Source: Treponemataceae bacterium
GTDB lineage: Bacteria; Spirochaetota; Spirochaetia; Treponematales; Rectinemataceae
Reading direction: 5' to 3'
DNA length: 64,000 nt
Assembly: GCA_963678065.2 (NCBI GenBank)
Contig: CAXXVZ010000005.1
Location: 160,001 to 224,000, forward strand
Below the pieces are notes generated by a model. It was not told the origin of the DNA, did no database searches, and worked only from the letters and a program-made list of their open reading frames with translations. Made by a program: the position numbers and the translations under genes. Below, piece by piece: positions 46,456 to 56,797 of this stretch; the first letter of the stretch is position 1; each line of letters starts with the position of its first letter.

Positions 46456-48570
46456 CTACTCGACCGTCAGGCCCGCCAGGTATGAGTCATAGGCTGTCTG
46501 GGCCTCCTGCGCTGCCTTCCGCGAATCGGCGATCTTCGAATTGAGGCCGTCGATCTCGGTCTCCGCGTCGAGGAGTTTCTTCAGGTACTGCTGGCCCTGG
46601 GAACTGTCCCTGCCCACCGACTCGATGTTCTTGCGGTAGCGCTCCTGTTCGGATGAAAGTTCCGCCTTGCGGGACTGGAGATCGGACTGGAGCTTCTTCG
46701 CGTCGTCGACCTTGCGCCGCAGGTCGACAGCCTTCTTGAGCGCGTCGCGCGCAGCGGCGGGGATCTCCTTCGAGGACGAATACGAGAGGAAGGCCTCGGA
46801 GCCGAGGGAGGAGAGGACGACACGGTCCTGGCCGGGCATGCGCTCTCTGACAATGAACTTCGTCTCAGCCCCCGCGGGGAGGTTCACCGAGAAGCGGTAA
46901 ACTCCCGAGGTCTTTTCGTCGAAGGCGGAGGGCTCCGTGAGTTCCGCTCCCTGCATGACGGGGTGCTCGATCATAAGTTTTTTGGCCGAGGCGGCTGTGT
47001 TGCGGAGGTTGTAGGTCCGCGTCCAGGTGACCCTGCGGGAGAAGGTCATAACGCCTTTGATGATCTTGACCGCCGTGGTTTCCTGGGCGCTGGAGATGCC
47101 CGCGCTCGCGGTAACCGAGAGATCTTCGCCGAAGACGATGAGGCGCTTTTCATTTTCGGGGAGGAAATCGAGGAGGGCGTCGCCGGCGTAGACCGAGCCG
47201 TCGAAGACGGTGATGGGTCCCGCAGGGAGTTTCATGCCGCTCGAATTGACGATACGCGCTCCGAGCATCGGCCGGACCGCGTCCCCACCTGTGCCGGGCG
47301 AGTAGATGCTCAGCTTTTCGACCTCGAGTTCGCCTTCCAGAAGGGGAAGCATTGCGCTGCGGCGGCGTTCGAGGGTGACAGGACGACTGACCGTGAACTC
47401 GAACTGGTCGCCGGCCGCGCGGGCCTGCGCGGTCTCGAAGTTCCTTCCACCGGAGGATGAGCCGAAGGCGGAGAGCGAGGGTTCAGGAGCGGCGGCTTTG
47501 GCGCTGTAGGACTTGTCCCGGGAAGCCGCGGCCATCGCCATCTCGGGGGCGGGTGCGGGACGGACCTCGGCGGCGTATTCGGCCGAAGATCCTGGGCCGG
47601 ACTCCTCAAATCCCGATTCGAAGCTACGGGGTTTCGCGGAACCGGCGATCGCGAGCGGGATCACGGGCCTGTCGACATAGAGGGGGCTGTAGAGGTCCTG
47701 GATGAAGGATACGGGCCGGCCGCTCACGAGCGACAGGCTCACATTCTTCCAGTCCTGCTCGGTCGGATTGTCCACGACGGCCCAGCCCTGGAAATAGGGC
47801 TTCGCGCCGGAGAGGTCGAGACGGTAGGAAACCTTCCAGATCGGGGCGGGAACCACGTAGCCGATGGCGACTTCGCGCCTGCCTGTGCCCGGGAGGCTCA
47901 GCTCGAGATTCTTGCGCCCGACATCCTGTGCGGAGAGGATGAGACTGAGGGCGCGGTCGAAGTCCTCCGCGATCTGCCTGTCGGCGAAGCGTATGGCGAG
48001 GACGCTCTCGAGCGGCATGGCGCGCAGGCCACCCGAGGTGAGGAGCATCAGGTAGGGTGCTTCGACTTCGGGGATCTTCGTCACTCTCTGTTCGATCCCG
48101 ACGATGCGGCCGGATATCGTCTCAGGCGTATCGACGGAGACTTCCGCCCCGCGCAGGCGCGAGAGGATGCCGGCGATGTCGGGGCTGCCGGAGAGGTCGA
48201 CGCGGAAGCTCTTGAGCGCCCGGTCAAGGCTCTCCTGCGTCGGGTAATTGACAGAGGGCGAACCCTGTCCGCCGGAACCATTGCGGACGACGAGGGATTT
48301 CAGCGCATCGTTTATGGAGTCGGCGGCAAAAGGAAGGCTCATGCCGACGTCGCCGTCCACGAGTCCCCTGTGCTCGAAGTATCCGACCCCGGCCGAGAAG
48401 AGTACCACCTTCGTCACGGGCAGACTGACGGGTCCCGGGGTGGAGAGGATCGACCCCGAAGGGGAAGGCGCCGGGGCAGGGGAAACCTGCGAGAACGCGA
48501 CGAATGGCGCCGCTACAACAAAAAAGAGAAGAAGGGAAAACGCGGTAATCGGGCTGCGAACACGGTTCAT
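46456..48570 (-). CDS. DUF4139-domain secreted protein
   Basis: Signal peptide, VVLFSAGVGYFEH, INDALKSL, WKVSYRL, GWAVVDNPTEQDW, SGRPVSF, C-terminal coiled coil. Confidence 0.8.
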   Translation of the reverse strand: MNRVRSPITAFSLLLFFVVAAPFVAFSQVSPAPAPSPSGSILSTPGPVSLPVTKVVLFSAGVGYFEHRGLVDGDVGMSLPFAADSINDALKSLVVRNGSGGQGSPSVNYPTQESLDRALKSFRVDLSGSPDIAGILSRLRGAEVSVDTPETISGRIVGIEQRVTKIPEVEAPYLMLLTSGGLRAMPLESVLAIRFADRQIAEDFDRALSLILSAQDVGRKNLELSLPGTGRREVAIGYVVPAPIWKVSYRLDLSGAKPYFQGWAVVDNPTEQDWKNVSLSLVSGRPVSFIQDLYSPLYVDRPVIPLAIAGSAKPRSFESGFEESGPGSSAEYAAEVRPAPAPEMAMAAASRDKSYSAKAAAPEPSLSAFGSSSGGRNFETAQARAAGDQFEFTVSRPVTLERRRSAMLPLLEGELEVEKLSIYSPGTGGDAVRPMLGARIVNSSGMKLPAGPITVFDGSVYAGDALLDFLPENEKRLIVFGEDLSVTASAGISSAQETTAVKIIKGVMTFSRRVTWTRTYNLRNTAASAKKLMIEHPVMQGAELTEPSAFDEKTSGVYRFSVNLPAGAETKFIVRERMPGQDRVVLSSLGSEAFLSYSSSKEIPAAARDALKKAVDLRRKVDDAKKLQSDLQSRKAELSSEQERYRKNIESVGRDSSQGQQYLKKLLDAETEIDGLNSKIADSRKAAQEAQTAYDSYLAGLTVE

Positions 48571-48661
48571 GGCATCTCCTTTCATTCGTTCCGTCGACCT
48601 GAATCCATATACAGCACTATACTACAGACAAGCACGGACTGCGATGGTTTCGGGAGTCGGC

Positions 48662-49204
48662 ATGAAAATCAGGATCGTCGGGATTCCCGGATCGGGAAAA
48701 ACGTGGCTGGCCGCCCGTCTCGGGGCGGCACTCGGGATGCATCCCGTCGGGCTCGACGATCTATTCTGGCACAATGGTCCTGGGGCCTACAACCGGAAAC
48801 GGGACGCAGCCGGACGGCAGGCACTGCTGGAGGCCGCGCTCGCGGGAGAATCCTGGCTCGTCGAGGGCATGGACGCGGACTGGTCCGCCGCGAGCCTTGT
48901 GGCGGCGGATGTCGTGATCTGGCTCAGGATCGGGGTCCTGACCTCGTCCTGGAGGCTCGCGCGGAGATTCGTCCGGAGGAAGGCGGGCATCGAGGAGAGC
49001 ACGTACGACGAGAAGCTGTACAGCCTCCTCGTCACCATGTGGGGAAACCTCTGGGGAAAACTCCGCGGCGTGCAACCCGATTTGCCCGGAGGCGCGCATG
49101 TCATCGTCCTCGAAAACCAGAAGGAGGTCGGGCGATTCCTTTCGGCCCATGTGGCAGCGGGAGTTCAGTGCCTTATTTGTAGGAAAGCCTCGGAAAAGCG
49201 CTGA
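48662..49204 (+). CDS. P-loop kinase (adenylate-kinase/FlaR-like)
   Basis: MKIRIVGIPGSGKT, LDDLFW, WLVEG, ADVVIWL. Confidence 0.8.
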   Translation: MKIRIVGIPGSGKTWLAARLGAALGMHPVGLDDLFWHNGPGAYNRKRDAAGRQALLEAALAGESWLVEGMDADWSAASLVAADVVIWLRIGVLTSSWRLARRFVRRKAGIEESTYDEKLYSLLVTMWGNLWGKLRGVQPDLPGGAHVIVLENQKEVGRFLSAHVAAGVQCLICRKASEKR

Positions 49205-49766
49205 GCAGCAGCGTGGCCATCGTCTTCATGTCCGCGTCCTTGGTGGACGGATTCTTGAACCAGAGAAGGAGCTGCTCCGGATAGGTTCCGCGATCGCCGA
49301 TGACGAAGGGATTGAAGGCCTCCACGAATTTGGTTTTCGTGAACTGGAGCCTGAAACCGCCATCCTTCAGCACTGCGGGCTCGTCGGCGGGCACGAGTCC
49401 CAGCGAAGCCCCGTCCAGCATGATGTAATTCTTCGAACCCACATTGGTGGAAATCGAGGGTCTGCCTTCGAGGCGGAACACGATGTACGCGTATTTAGGG
49501 AGTTTTTCGCTGGTCGCGTCGAAACGGTAAAGGTATGCGCCCCCTCCTGTTTCCTGAATGTCCTGGAAACGGTAGTCCTTCAGCATCAGCACGGCCATAT
49601 TGTTGCCGAAATCGCGCAGGGTCCCGAGCAATGGGGCGATGAGGTCGGTCCGGGCTTTCTTCTCGGGAACCCTGTCGACACTGAACGTAATCGTCTTGGT
49701 GGAAACGCAGGAGATCATGGATATCAGCAGGACTGCCACGGCCAGATGTGCGGCGAGACGCTTCAT
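49173..49766 (-). CDS. Hypothetical lipoprotein
   Basis: MKRLAAHLAVAVLLISMISC lipobox; GGAGG SD. Confidence 0.7.
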   Translation of the reverse strand: MKRLAAHLAVAVLLISMISCVSTKTITFSVDRVPEKKARTDLIAPLLGTLRDFGNNMAVLMLKDYRFQDIQETGGGAYLYRFDATSEKLPKYAYIVFRLEGRPSISTNVGSKNYIMLDGASLGLVPADEPAVLKDGGFRLQFTKTKFVEAFNPFVIGDRGTYPEQLLLWFKNPSTKDADMKTMATLLLSAFPRLSYK

Positions 49767-49825
49767 GACTGCCTCCGTAGGGAAAAAATACATTGCAAAA
49801 ACTGTAAGGGCGTCTGTGGCGCATG

Positions 49826-51835
49826 TCAAGTCGACCGCGAAGCAATCGAGGCGAAGGCGAGAATGACAGAGAGGAACTCGTCGCCGTAGCGTCTCAGCTT
49901 CGCCTCGCCAACGCCGAAGATGTCCATCATCGCGTCGCGCGTGGCGGGGCGAAGGCGCGCGAACTCCTCCAGAGTCCTGTCCGGGAACACGACATAGGGC
50001 GGCACGCTGGCGGTGTCGGCCAGCTCCTTCCGCCTCCCGCGCAGGAGCTGGAAGAGCCTCTCGTCCTCCGCTCCGAGACGGGTGCGTTCTCCGCCGCCAG
50101 GATTCGCGCTCCGCTCTCCCGGACCTCCCGCGACGCGGAGGTCATGCGACATCGGGACAGACGGCGAGGACTTTTTCTTTTTCACAAGGCGCGCGGGGGC
50201 GAGCGGCGGCGCGTGGTAGGGCCCCCTGGTCCTCAGGAGTTCCCTCCCCATTCCGGATACTGTCAGCCCCGAGAGCTCGTCGGCCCGGTCCAGAAAACCT
50301 TCGGAAATCATCCTGCGCGCGAGTTCCATCCAGGAGGCGCGGTCCAGATCCGAACCGATCCCGAATGTGGAAACTTTGTCGTGCCCGAGGCGCATGACCC
50401 TGTCCGTCTTTTCGCCCAGAAGGACGTCGACGAGGTGGGCCGAGCCATACCGCTCGCCGGTCCGGATCGCGCAGGACAGGAACTTGAGGGCAGGCAGGGT
50501 GTAGTCCGCCAGGTCCTCGGGCCTCCGGAGGCAGTTGTCGCAGGAAGCGCATTTCAGGCCCGGCATGCGCTCCCCGAAATGTGCGAGGACGAAGCGGCGT
50601 CTGCACGATGCGCTCTCGGCGTACTTCACCATCTCTGCGAGCCGCAGCGTGGCGTCTTCGAGCTGTTCGCCCTCGAGCTCGTTGAACAGCATCCTCGCCC
50701 TGATCGCGTCGCCCCGGCTGTACAAAAGAAGGCAGGTCGCGGGAAGCCCGTCGCGCCCCGCCCTGCCGATTTCCTGGTAGTAGGATTCCATCGCTTTCGG
50801 GAGGTCGGCGTGGACGATCCAGCGGACGTCCGGCTTGTCGATTCCCATACCGAAGGCGACAGTCGCGACGACGACCTGGATGTCGTCGCGGATGAAGGCG
50901 CGCTGCGCGGCATCCCGCTCGTCTTTTCCGAGTCCCGCGTGATAGGCCGCCGCCGGGATGCCCTGACGGCGCAGGTAGTCGGCGAACTCCTCTGTCTTCG
51001 CGCGGGAGAGGCAGTACACGATGCCTGAGGCTCCGGGATTCCCGCGCGCGAGTTCGAGGATTCTCTCCTTGGCGCCGCGCCGCGGTTCCACGGAGAGGAA
51101 GAGGTTGGGCCGGTCGAATCCGGCGACGAAGACTCCCGGGTCTTTCAGGGCGAGGTTCTGGGCGATGTCGTCCCTGACCCGCTCCGGCGCCGTCGCGGTT
51201 ACGGCGAGACAGGATATTCCCGGGAATCTGACCCGAAGCGAGGCGATGCGCCGGTACTCAGGGCGGAAATCGTGCCCCCATTGGCTGATGCAGTGCGCCT
51301 CGTCCACGACAAGGAGCGAAGGAGGGGCAGCATCGAGGACCTCCACGAGGCGCTCGGAAGAGAGCCCTTCCGGCGCGGCGTAGACGAGTCTGACTTCTCC
51401 CGAGCGGACGCGGGCGCAGGAAGCGCGGTACTCCTCGGGTGTCAGCGAGGAATTGAGGAAGACGGCAGGCACGCCGAGCTGGACGAGAGCGTCGAGCTGG
51501 TCGCGCATCAGCGCGATGAGGGGCGAGACGACGAGGGCGTAGCCCGGCATGACGAGGGCCGGCAGCTGGTAGCACAGGCTTTTTCCGCCACCGGTCGGAA
51601 GGATGGCGAGGACATCCCTGCCCGAAAGCACCGCTTCGATAATATCGCGCTGAAAGGATCGGTAGCCGTCGAAGCCGAACACGGATTTGAGGAGTGCGTC
51701 GGCTTTTGCCATCCTGTCGGAGAGGGCCGGAGCGGCGGGCAGGGTCGGAAAAATGGTCCTTGCGGGTGCAGCTTGCGCGTCGATCGTGCCGGAAGCGACG
51801 GGCTCCGGAAGTGCGGCGAAGAGATCTGCGGTCAT
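49826..51835 (-). CDS. recQ: DNA helicase RecQ
   Basis: PTGGGKSLCYQ, DEAHCISQWGHDFR, YYQEIGRAGRDG, CRR..CASCDNC, RQC, HRDC (VPPYVVF). Confidence 0.97.
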   Translation of the reverse strand: MTADLFAALPEPVASGTIDAQAAPARTIFPTLPAAPALSDRMAKADALLKSVFGFDGYRSFQRDIIEAVLSGRDVLAILPTGGGKSLCYQLPALVMPGYALVVSPLIALMRDQLDALVQLGVPAVFLNSSLTPEEYRASCARVRSGEVRLVYAAPEGLSSERLVEVLDAAPPSLLVVDEAHCISQWGHDFRPEYRRIASLRVRFPGISCLAVTATAPERVRDDIAQNLALKDPGVFVAGFDRPNLFLSVEPRRGAKERILELARGNPGASGIVYCLSRAKTEEFADYLRRQGIPAAAYHAGLGKDERDAAQRAFIRDDIQVVVATVAFGMGIDKPDVRWIVHADLPKAMESYYQEIGRAGRDGLPATCLLLYSRGDAIRARMLFNELEGEQLEDATLRLAEMVKYAESASCRRRFVLAHFGERMPGLKCASCDNCLRRPEDLADYTLPALKFLSCAIRTGERYGSAHLVDVLLGEKTDRVMRLGHDKVSTFGIGSDLDRASWMELARRMISEGFLDRADELSGLTVSGMGRELLRTRGPYHAPPLAPARLVKKKKSSPSVPMSHDLRVAGGPGERSANPGGGERTRLGAEDERLFQLLRGRRKELADTASVPPYVVFPDRTLEEFARLRPATRDAMMDIFGVGEAKLRRYGDEFLSVILAFASIASRST

Positions 51836-52053
51836 GGTGGCGAAATGATAGCACGGAGCTGACCGAAGAATCTGTATGCCCACATCGCGGGAGAGTCGGC
51901 GCGCGACCCTTCCGGCTTCCGCTGGTTGACCGGACCAAAGTCGCCGGCTAGGTGTTGCCTCAACGAAAAATCCAGCTTGAGTGGGGGCATTGCCCCGCCG
52001 CACGGGAACTACTACTATTTCAGATAATTCGTGCGCACGGAGAGGTTCGACAC

Positions 52054-52584
52054 ATGAAAAAGATCATCGTCTTCGCTCTCATCCTTCTGGCGGGCGGCGC
52101 CGCGTCCGCGCAGCAGACACTCAAAAAAGCCAACACCGCGACAGCCGTGGACGGCGTCATCTCCGCGGGCGAATATACCTTTCAGGAAAGCAACGGCGGC
52201 ATGGTCCTCGGACTCGCGCTCAGCGCGGACGGAACAACGCTCAGTGTCGGATTCAGGGCAGCCACGAAGGGTTGGGTGGCGGTCGGCCTCGGGGCAAAAC
52301 GGATGAACGGCGCCTCCATGTTCATGGGCTACGACGCAGGAGGCAAGAGCGAATTCTCCGAACAGACAGGCGGAGGTCACAACCATGAGCCCGCAGCCAA
52401 GGCGCTCGCGAAAAAATCGGCTGTCAAAAACGCGGGCAACGAGACAACCATCGAGTTCACCGTTCCGGCCGCGCCCTTCACCAAGAGCGGAAAGATCGAC
52501 ATGATCCTCGCATTCGGCAGAAACACCAACTTCGGCTCGATGCACCAGTATTTCAACGGCTTCACCGTCAACCTGGCGCCCTGA
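52054..52584 (+). CDS. Secreted DOMON-domain protein
   Basis: Signal peptide, GWVAVGLG, MNGASM, ILAFG...FGSMH. Confidence 0.75.
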   Translation: MKKIIVFALILLAGGAASAQQTLKKANTATAVDGVISAGEYTFQESNGGMVLGLALSADGTTLSVGFRAATKGWVAVGLGAKRMNGASMFMGYDAGGKSEFSEQTGGGHNHEPAAKALAKKSAVKNAGNETTIEFTVPAAPFTKSGKIDMILAFGRNTNFGSMHQYFNGFTVNLAP

Positions 52585-52661
52585 AGCCGCGGCAGGACCT
52601 TGATCAGGAGAGAACCCGTAGACAGGCCTTTGCCCGTGTCCGCCTCCTGCCCCCGCGCCTT

Positions 52662-53351
52662 TCAGTACGCGGCGGCGTACTCCAGCAGGACCGACTCCAT
52701 GAGAAGGTGGCCCGCACCGTTCGGATGGATGCCGTCGGCGCAGAGGCAATCCCGGTAATCCTTCTGTTCGAGGAAGGCCTTCCTCACGTCGACGACGGGG
52801 CAGCGGTTTCGCAGGGCGGTCGCCCAGACCGCGTTGTTGTAGCCTTCGTGCCACCAGTAGATGTGCCTGACATCGCCGAGCCAGGACAGGACGGCCGATT
52901 TGTCGATCCCTGAGCGCGTGACCCAGGCGAAATAGCGGTCCGGATCGAGGGGCGGCAGGGTCATGAGCACCGGCAGGAAGCCGCTCTCCCTGAGCGAGGT
53001 GATCATCCTGTCGTAGATCGACGAGAAGATCCCTATCGGGGTCGCGGGCAGATGCTCGTGCCCCGGAGCCGCCGCGATTTCATCCCACTTGAAATCGCAA
53101 TCGTTCCCGCCGAACTCGAGGAGGGCGACAGTGCCCGGATTTCCCGCCCGCCTCTGCAAGAATTTGCCCAGGATTTCCATGCCCTTGCCGATGGTGCAGC
53201 CGAAGCGCGCCTTGTTGGTGAGGGTGATCCCCAGCTTCTCCGCGCTGCGGTCCGCGAAGGATTCCTTCGTCAGACGGTAGGAACCCGAGTCGTCCAACAC
53301 CACGCCGCGGGCGACTGAATCGCCGAAGAGACAGACTGCCGAATGAAACAT
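52662..53351 (-). CDS. SGNH/GDSL hydrolase
   Basis: FGDS, EFGGNDC, DGIHPN. Confidence 0.92.
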   Translation of the reverse strand: MFHSAVCLFGDSVARGVVLDDSGSYRLTKESFADRSAEKLGITLTNKARFGCTIGKGMEILGKFLQRRAGNPGTVALLEFGGNDCDFKWDEIAAAPGHEHLPATPIGIFSSIYDRMITSLRESGFLPVLMTLPPLDPDRYFAWVTRSGIDKSAVLSWLGDVRHIYWWHEGYNNAVWATALRNRCPVVDVRKAFLEQKDYRDCLCADGIHPNGAGHLLMESVLLEYAAAY

Positions 53352-53366
53352 ATTCTCGCCTACTTT

Positions 53367-53387
53367 ACATGGTTTCAAATACCATGT
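53367..53387. promoter_or_regulatory. Palindromic operator candidate
   Basis: ACATGGT-TTCAAAT-ACCATGT between divergent promoters. Confidence 0.65.
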
Positions 53388-53534
53388 CTAATAATATCAA
53401 CTATCATAATAACGCATAACACCTCTTGTCAACATATTTGAAGCCGGATATTGAGGTCATGGGTACCATGTGGTACCATCGCCGTCTGCGGATCGGGCTG
53501 AACTGGACAGGGCCTGAGGGCAAAGGAGGCTGCG

Positions 53535-54152
53535 ATGGACAGCAGTGAAGAAAAAATCCTTCAGTTCGCGCGCTCGATCAAAGGGAAAACCCCGGCGGAC
53601 TGGGATCACCTGCCGGACATAGGGCTCTACATGGACCAGGTCGTCACCTTTCTGGAACGGCAGCTCGCTCCCTACAGGGAAAGCGAGGGAGGTCGTCTCA
53701 TAACACCTTCCATGATAAATAATTACACAAAAGCAGGAGTCGTGCATAGGGCCGAGGCGAAAAAGTACTCCCAGAGCCACATCGCCCTCCTCATTCTCGT
53801 CTGCACGCTCAAACAGGTTCTGTCCATACCGGATCTGACGAGGCTCCTGTCGGGCTCCCCGGGCGAGAGCGAAATCGCCTCGCTGTACGCTTCTTTCAGG
53901 ATGAAACTCGCCGGTTCCATGGACGAGACGGCAGGACTCGTCGACGCCGCCGCGGAGAATATTACGGGCCCGGCGAGGGAAGAGGCCCTGCGCAGGCTCG
54001 CCCTCGATTTCGCGATCGAGGCTCAGGCGCGAAGTTTCGCGGCGAGAAAGATACTCGCGATTCTGGAACCGGGGAGGAGTGAAAAAGAAGCTCCGAAAGG
54101 TCGGGCGCCGAGGAAATCGGGAAAACCCGGGAAGGGCGGGCAGGCATCCTAA
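53535..54152 (+). CDS. DUF1836-family putative regulator
   Basis: LPDIGLYMDQV, ITPSMINNYTK, KKYS, LKQVLSI. Confidence 0.9.
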   Translation: MDSSEEKILQFARSIKGKTPADWDHLPDIGLYMDQVVTFLERQLAPYRESEGGRLITPSMINNYTKAGVVHRAEAKKYSQSHIALLILVCTLKQVLSIPDLTRLLSGSPGESEIASLYASFRMKLAGSMDETAGLVDAAAENITGPAREEALRRLALDFAIEAQARSFAARKILAILEPGRSEKEAPKGRAPRKSGKPGKGGQAS

Positions 54153-54255
54153 CAGCGTAGGGCGCCTGAATATGACGGGCGCAGACGCTGATCAAGCGTG
54201 CCCCTAGGTTCGGCCGAGGGCTCTGCCACGGACTCTGACGCGGGGTCTGTCCCCC

Positions 54256-54819
54256 TCATCGTCCCTCCCTCCTCTTTCGCTCAAGAGCGTCCAGACCTGC
54301 GAGGAAAAGCAGGACGAAGGCCCCGCCTATCCCGATGATCACGAAAATCCATTTGAGGCTTGTGCCGATCGAGGCTGTCAGGGCCGCGAGCCGGGGTCTT
54401 CCTGGCCAGGAAGCCAGGAGCACGGTCGCGGAGATGTTTTCCACGAAATCGAAGGCGGGACCGAGAAGGGTGAGCCCCGCCACGAGATCGCGCCCACAGA
54501 ATCCGGGCGCAACCCGGCCGAGCGAAAAACTCCAGGCGGAGAGAACGAAAAGTCCATACACGATCGGCCAGACGAGGTCGAAACTCCAGCGTGCGGCGAT
54601 GTAGGCGAGTCTTCCCTCTGTGGTGTAGGCGGCGGCCATGTCGAGAGCCCTTGACGGCGAGTAGAAAAAGCTGAGGTCGAAGTTGGCGCCCTCCGGAGTC
54701 CAGGCCTTCGCCATGGCCGACTGGGCCGGCAGAACCGCGGACAGGAACCAGACGAAAAGGGCTCCCGAGGCGACGAGGAACAGGGGGGAGGACAGGAGCT
54801 TCCGGATTCGATTGGCCAT
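54256..54819 (-). CDS. Hypothetical membrane protein
   Basis: About 4 TM segments; DLSFFYSP, GRLAY, FDLVWP, FDFVEN. Confidence 0.7.
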   Translation of the reverse strand: MANRIRKLLSSPLFLVASGALFVWFLSAVLPAQSAMAKAWTPEGANFDLSFFYSPSRALDMAAAYTTEGRLAYIAARWSFDLVWPIVYGLFVLSAWSFSLGRVAPGFCGRDLVAGLTLLGPAFDFVENISATVLLASWPGRPRLAALTASIGTSLKWIFVIIGIGGAFVLLFLAGLDALERKRREGR

Positions 54820-54967
54820 GACGACCTCCCGGGGGATGAGGCGGAGCGGCACACCGGATTCAATGCGCCGGACAGAGCGAGCCATCGATATTCCATCGAA
54901 CCGGTTTTCGCCCTGCCTGATTTTATGCTAGGATCGTGGCCAAGGCCAGAGAGCCTGGGGAGCAATA

Positions 54968-56719
54968 ATGGCACGCATCGTGGATTTGCCGTGGACATGG
55001 CTTGATGAGTATCGAGGATCGTTTTTCCCGGGAGAATGGCCTACCTTGCCTGAGCTATTCTCCCTCACCGCGAAGCGCTTTCCCGATGGGGCCTGTTTTA
55101 CTGTCTACAATCCCGACAGAAAGTCCCTGAACTACACGGAGGCCGGGGAAAAGATAGCCGAGACCGCCCGCCTCATGCGCACACTCGGCATCGGCCACGA
55201 AGACCGGGTCGCCGTGACGGGCAAGAACTCACCCGAATGGGCCGTCGCATACCTCTCCGTCCTTTTCGCGGGAGCTGTCGTCGTGCCGATCGATTACCAG
55301 CTCGGCACATCGGAGATAGCCAACCTCGTTCGTGCAGGCGAGGTCAGTCTCGTCTGGTGCGACGAGGAAAAATTCGACGAGCTTGCGCGCCTCGTCGCTC
55401 CCGTTCCGATGCGCCCGCTTTTCCCCGGCAGACCAGGCTACATCATGGACCCCGCCCTTTCTGCAGGGTACGGCGCCGCGGGAAACGCCCCGATGGCGGG
55501 CCCCGCGGCCCGCGAACTCGTTCCGGCCGTCGAGACGGACACGGCCGCCATACTCTTCACATCCGGCACGACGGGCCAGCCCAAAGGCGTCATGCTGAGC
55601 CACCGCAACCTCGTTTCGGACTGCTTCCTCGCCCAGGCGAACCTCTCCATCCACCACACGGACGTGTTCTACGCCCTTCTCCCGATCCACCACTCCTACA
55701 CCATGCTCGCTGTCTTCCTCGAATCGATAGCCGTCGGCGCTGAGATCGTCTTCGGCTCCAAGCTCGTCACGAAGCAGATACTCAAAGACCTGAAGGAAGC
55801 GAAGATAACCATGTTCCTGGGCGTGCCCCTCCTCTTCAACAAGGTTCTCGCGGGTATCATGAAGGGCATCCGCGCGAAGGGACCGGTCGTCTACGGGCTC
55901 ATCAGGCTCCTCATGGCCGTCTCCGGGCTGGTGAAGAAATTCACGGGCATAAACCCGGGCAAGAAGATGTTCCACTCCGTGCTGGAGAAGGCAAGTCTCG
56001 CGACGAACCGCATCTGCATCTCCGGCGGAGGCCCCCTCGCTCCGAGCATCTTCAAGCAGTACAACGAACTGGGAATCGACTTCGTGCAGGGCTACGGCCT
56101 CACGGAAACCTCTCCCATCCTGACGCTCAACCCCATCGATCACTACAAGGAAACGAGTGTCGGCCGCATCATTCCCCGCGCGCAGATGCAGATCCTCGAC
56201 CCCGACGAAAATGGCGTCGGCGAAATTGTTGTGAAGGGCCCCATGGTCATGCAGGGCTACTACAAGATGCCGGAGGAGACGGCCGCCGTCTTTACCCCCG
56301 ATGGCTGGTTCAGGACAGGCGACCTCGGTTACCTGGATGGGGAGGATTACCTCTACCTCACGGGAAGGGTGAAGAATCTCATCGTCACCGAGGGCGGCAA
56401 GAACGTCTACCCCGAGGAGATAGAGAACCGCTTCCAGCTTTTCTCGGAAGTCGAACAGGTTCTTGTCTGCGGATACCAGGCCGACAGGGCGATGAAGAGC
56501 GAAGGCATCGAGGCGAAACTTCATCCGGACATGGAATGGTTCCGGGAGCAGTTCCCCGGACTCTCCGGAGAAGATCTCTGGAAAGAAGCCGAGAGCCGCA
56601 TGGCCGGGGTCGTGGAAGAAGTGAACAAGAAACTCCTGCCCTACCAGAGGATCGGCAAGATCACCGTCCTGCGCGAAGCCCTGGAGATGACGACGACGAA
56701 GAAAATAAAGCGTTTCTGA
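54968..56719 (+). CDS. Long-chain fatty acid-CoA ligase (FadD/FAA1 type)
   Basis: FTSGTTGQPKG, QGYGLTETSP, WFRTGDLG, GRVKNLI, TTTKKIKR. Confidence 0.92.
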   Translation: MARIVDLPWTWLDEYRGSFFPGEWPTLPELFSLTAKRFPDGACFTVYNPDRKSLNYTEAGEKIAETARLMRTLGIGHEDRVAVTGKNSPEWAVAYLSVLFAGAVVVPIDYQLGTSEIANLVRAGEVSLVWCDEEKFDELARLVAPVPMRPLFPGRPGYIMDPALSAGYGAAGNAPMAGPAARELVPAVETDTAAILFTSGTTGQPKGVMLSHRNLVSDCFLAQANLSIHHTDVFYALLPIHHSYTMLAVFLESIAVGAEIVFGSKLVTKQILKDLKEAKITMFLGVPLLFNKVLAGIMKGIRAKGPVVYGLIRLLMAVSGLVKKFTGINPGKKMFHSVLEKASLATNRICISGGGPLAPSIFKQYNELGIDFVQGYGLTETSPILTLNPIDHYKETSVGRIIPRAQMQILDPDENGVGEIVVKGPMVMQGYYKMPEETAAVFTPDGWFRTGDLGYLDGEDYLYLTGRVKNLIVTEGGKNVYPEEIENRFQLFSEVEQVLVCGYQADRAMKSEGIEAKLHPDMEWFREQFPGLSGEDLWKEAESRMAGVVEEVNKKLLPYQRIGKITVLREALEMTTTKKIKRF

Positions 56720-56797
56720 CGGAGTACACAGAAAAAAGGCCGCAAGGACCGCGCCGGGCCTTGCGGCCTGCCTCTCCGGGATGGTCATACTTGTCGA

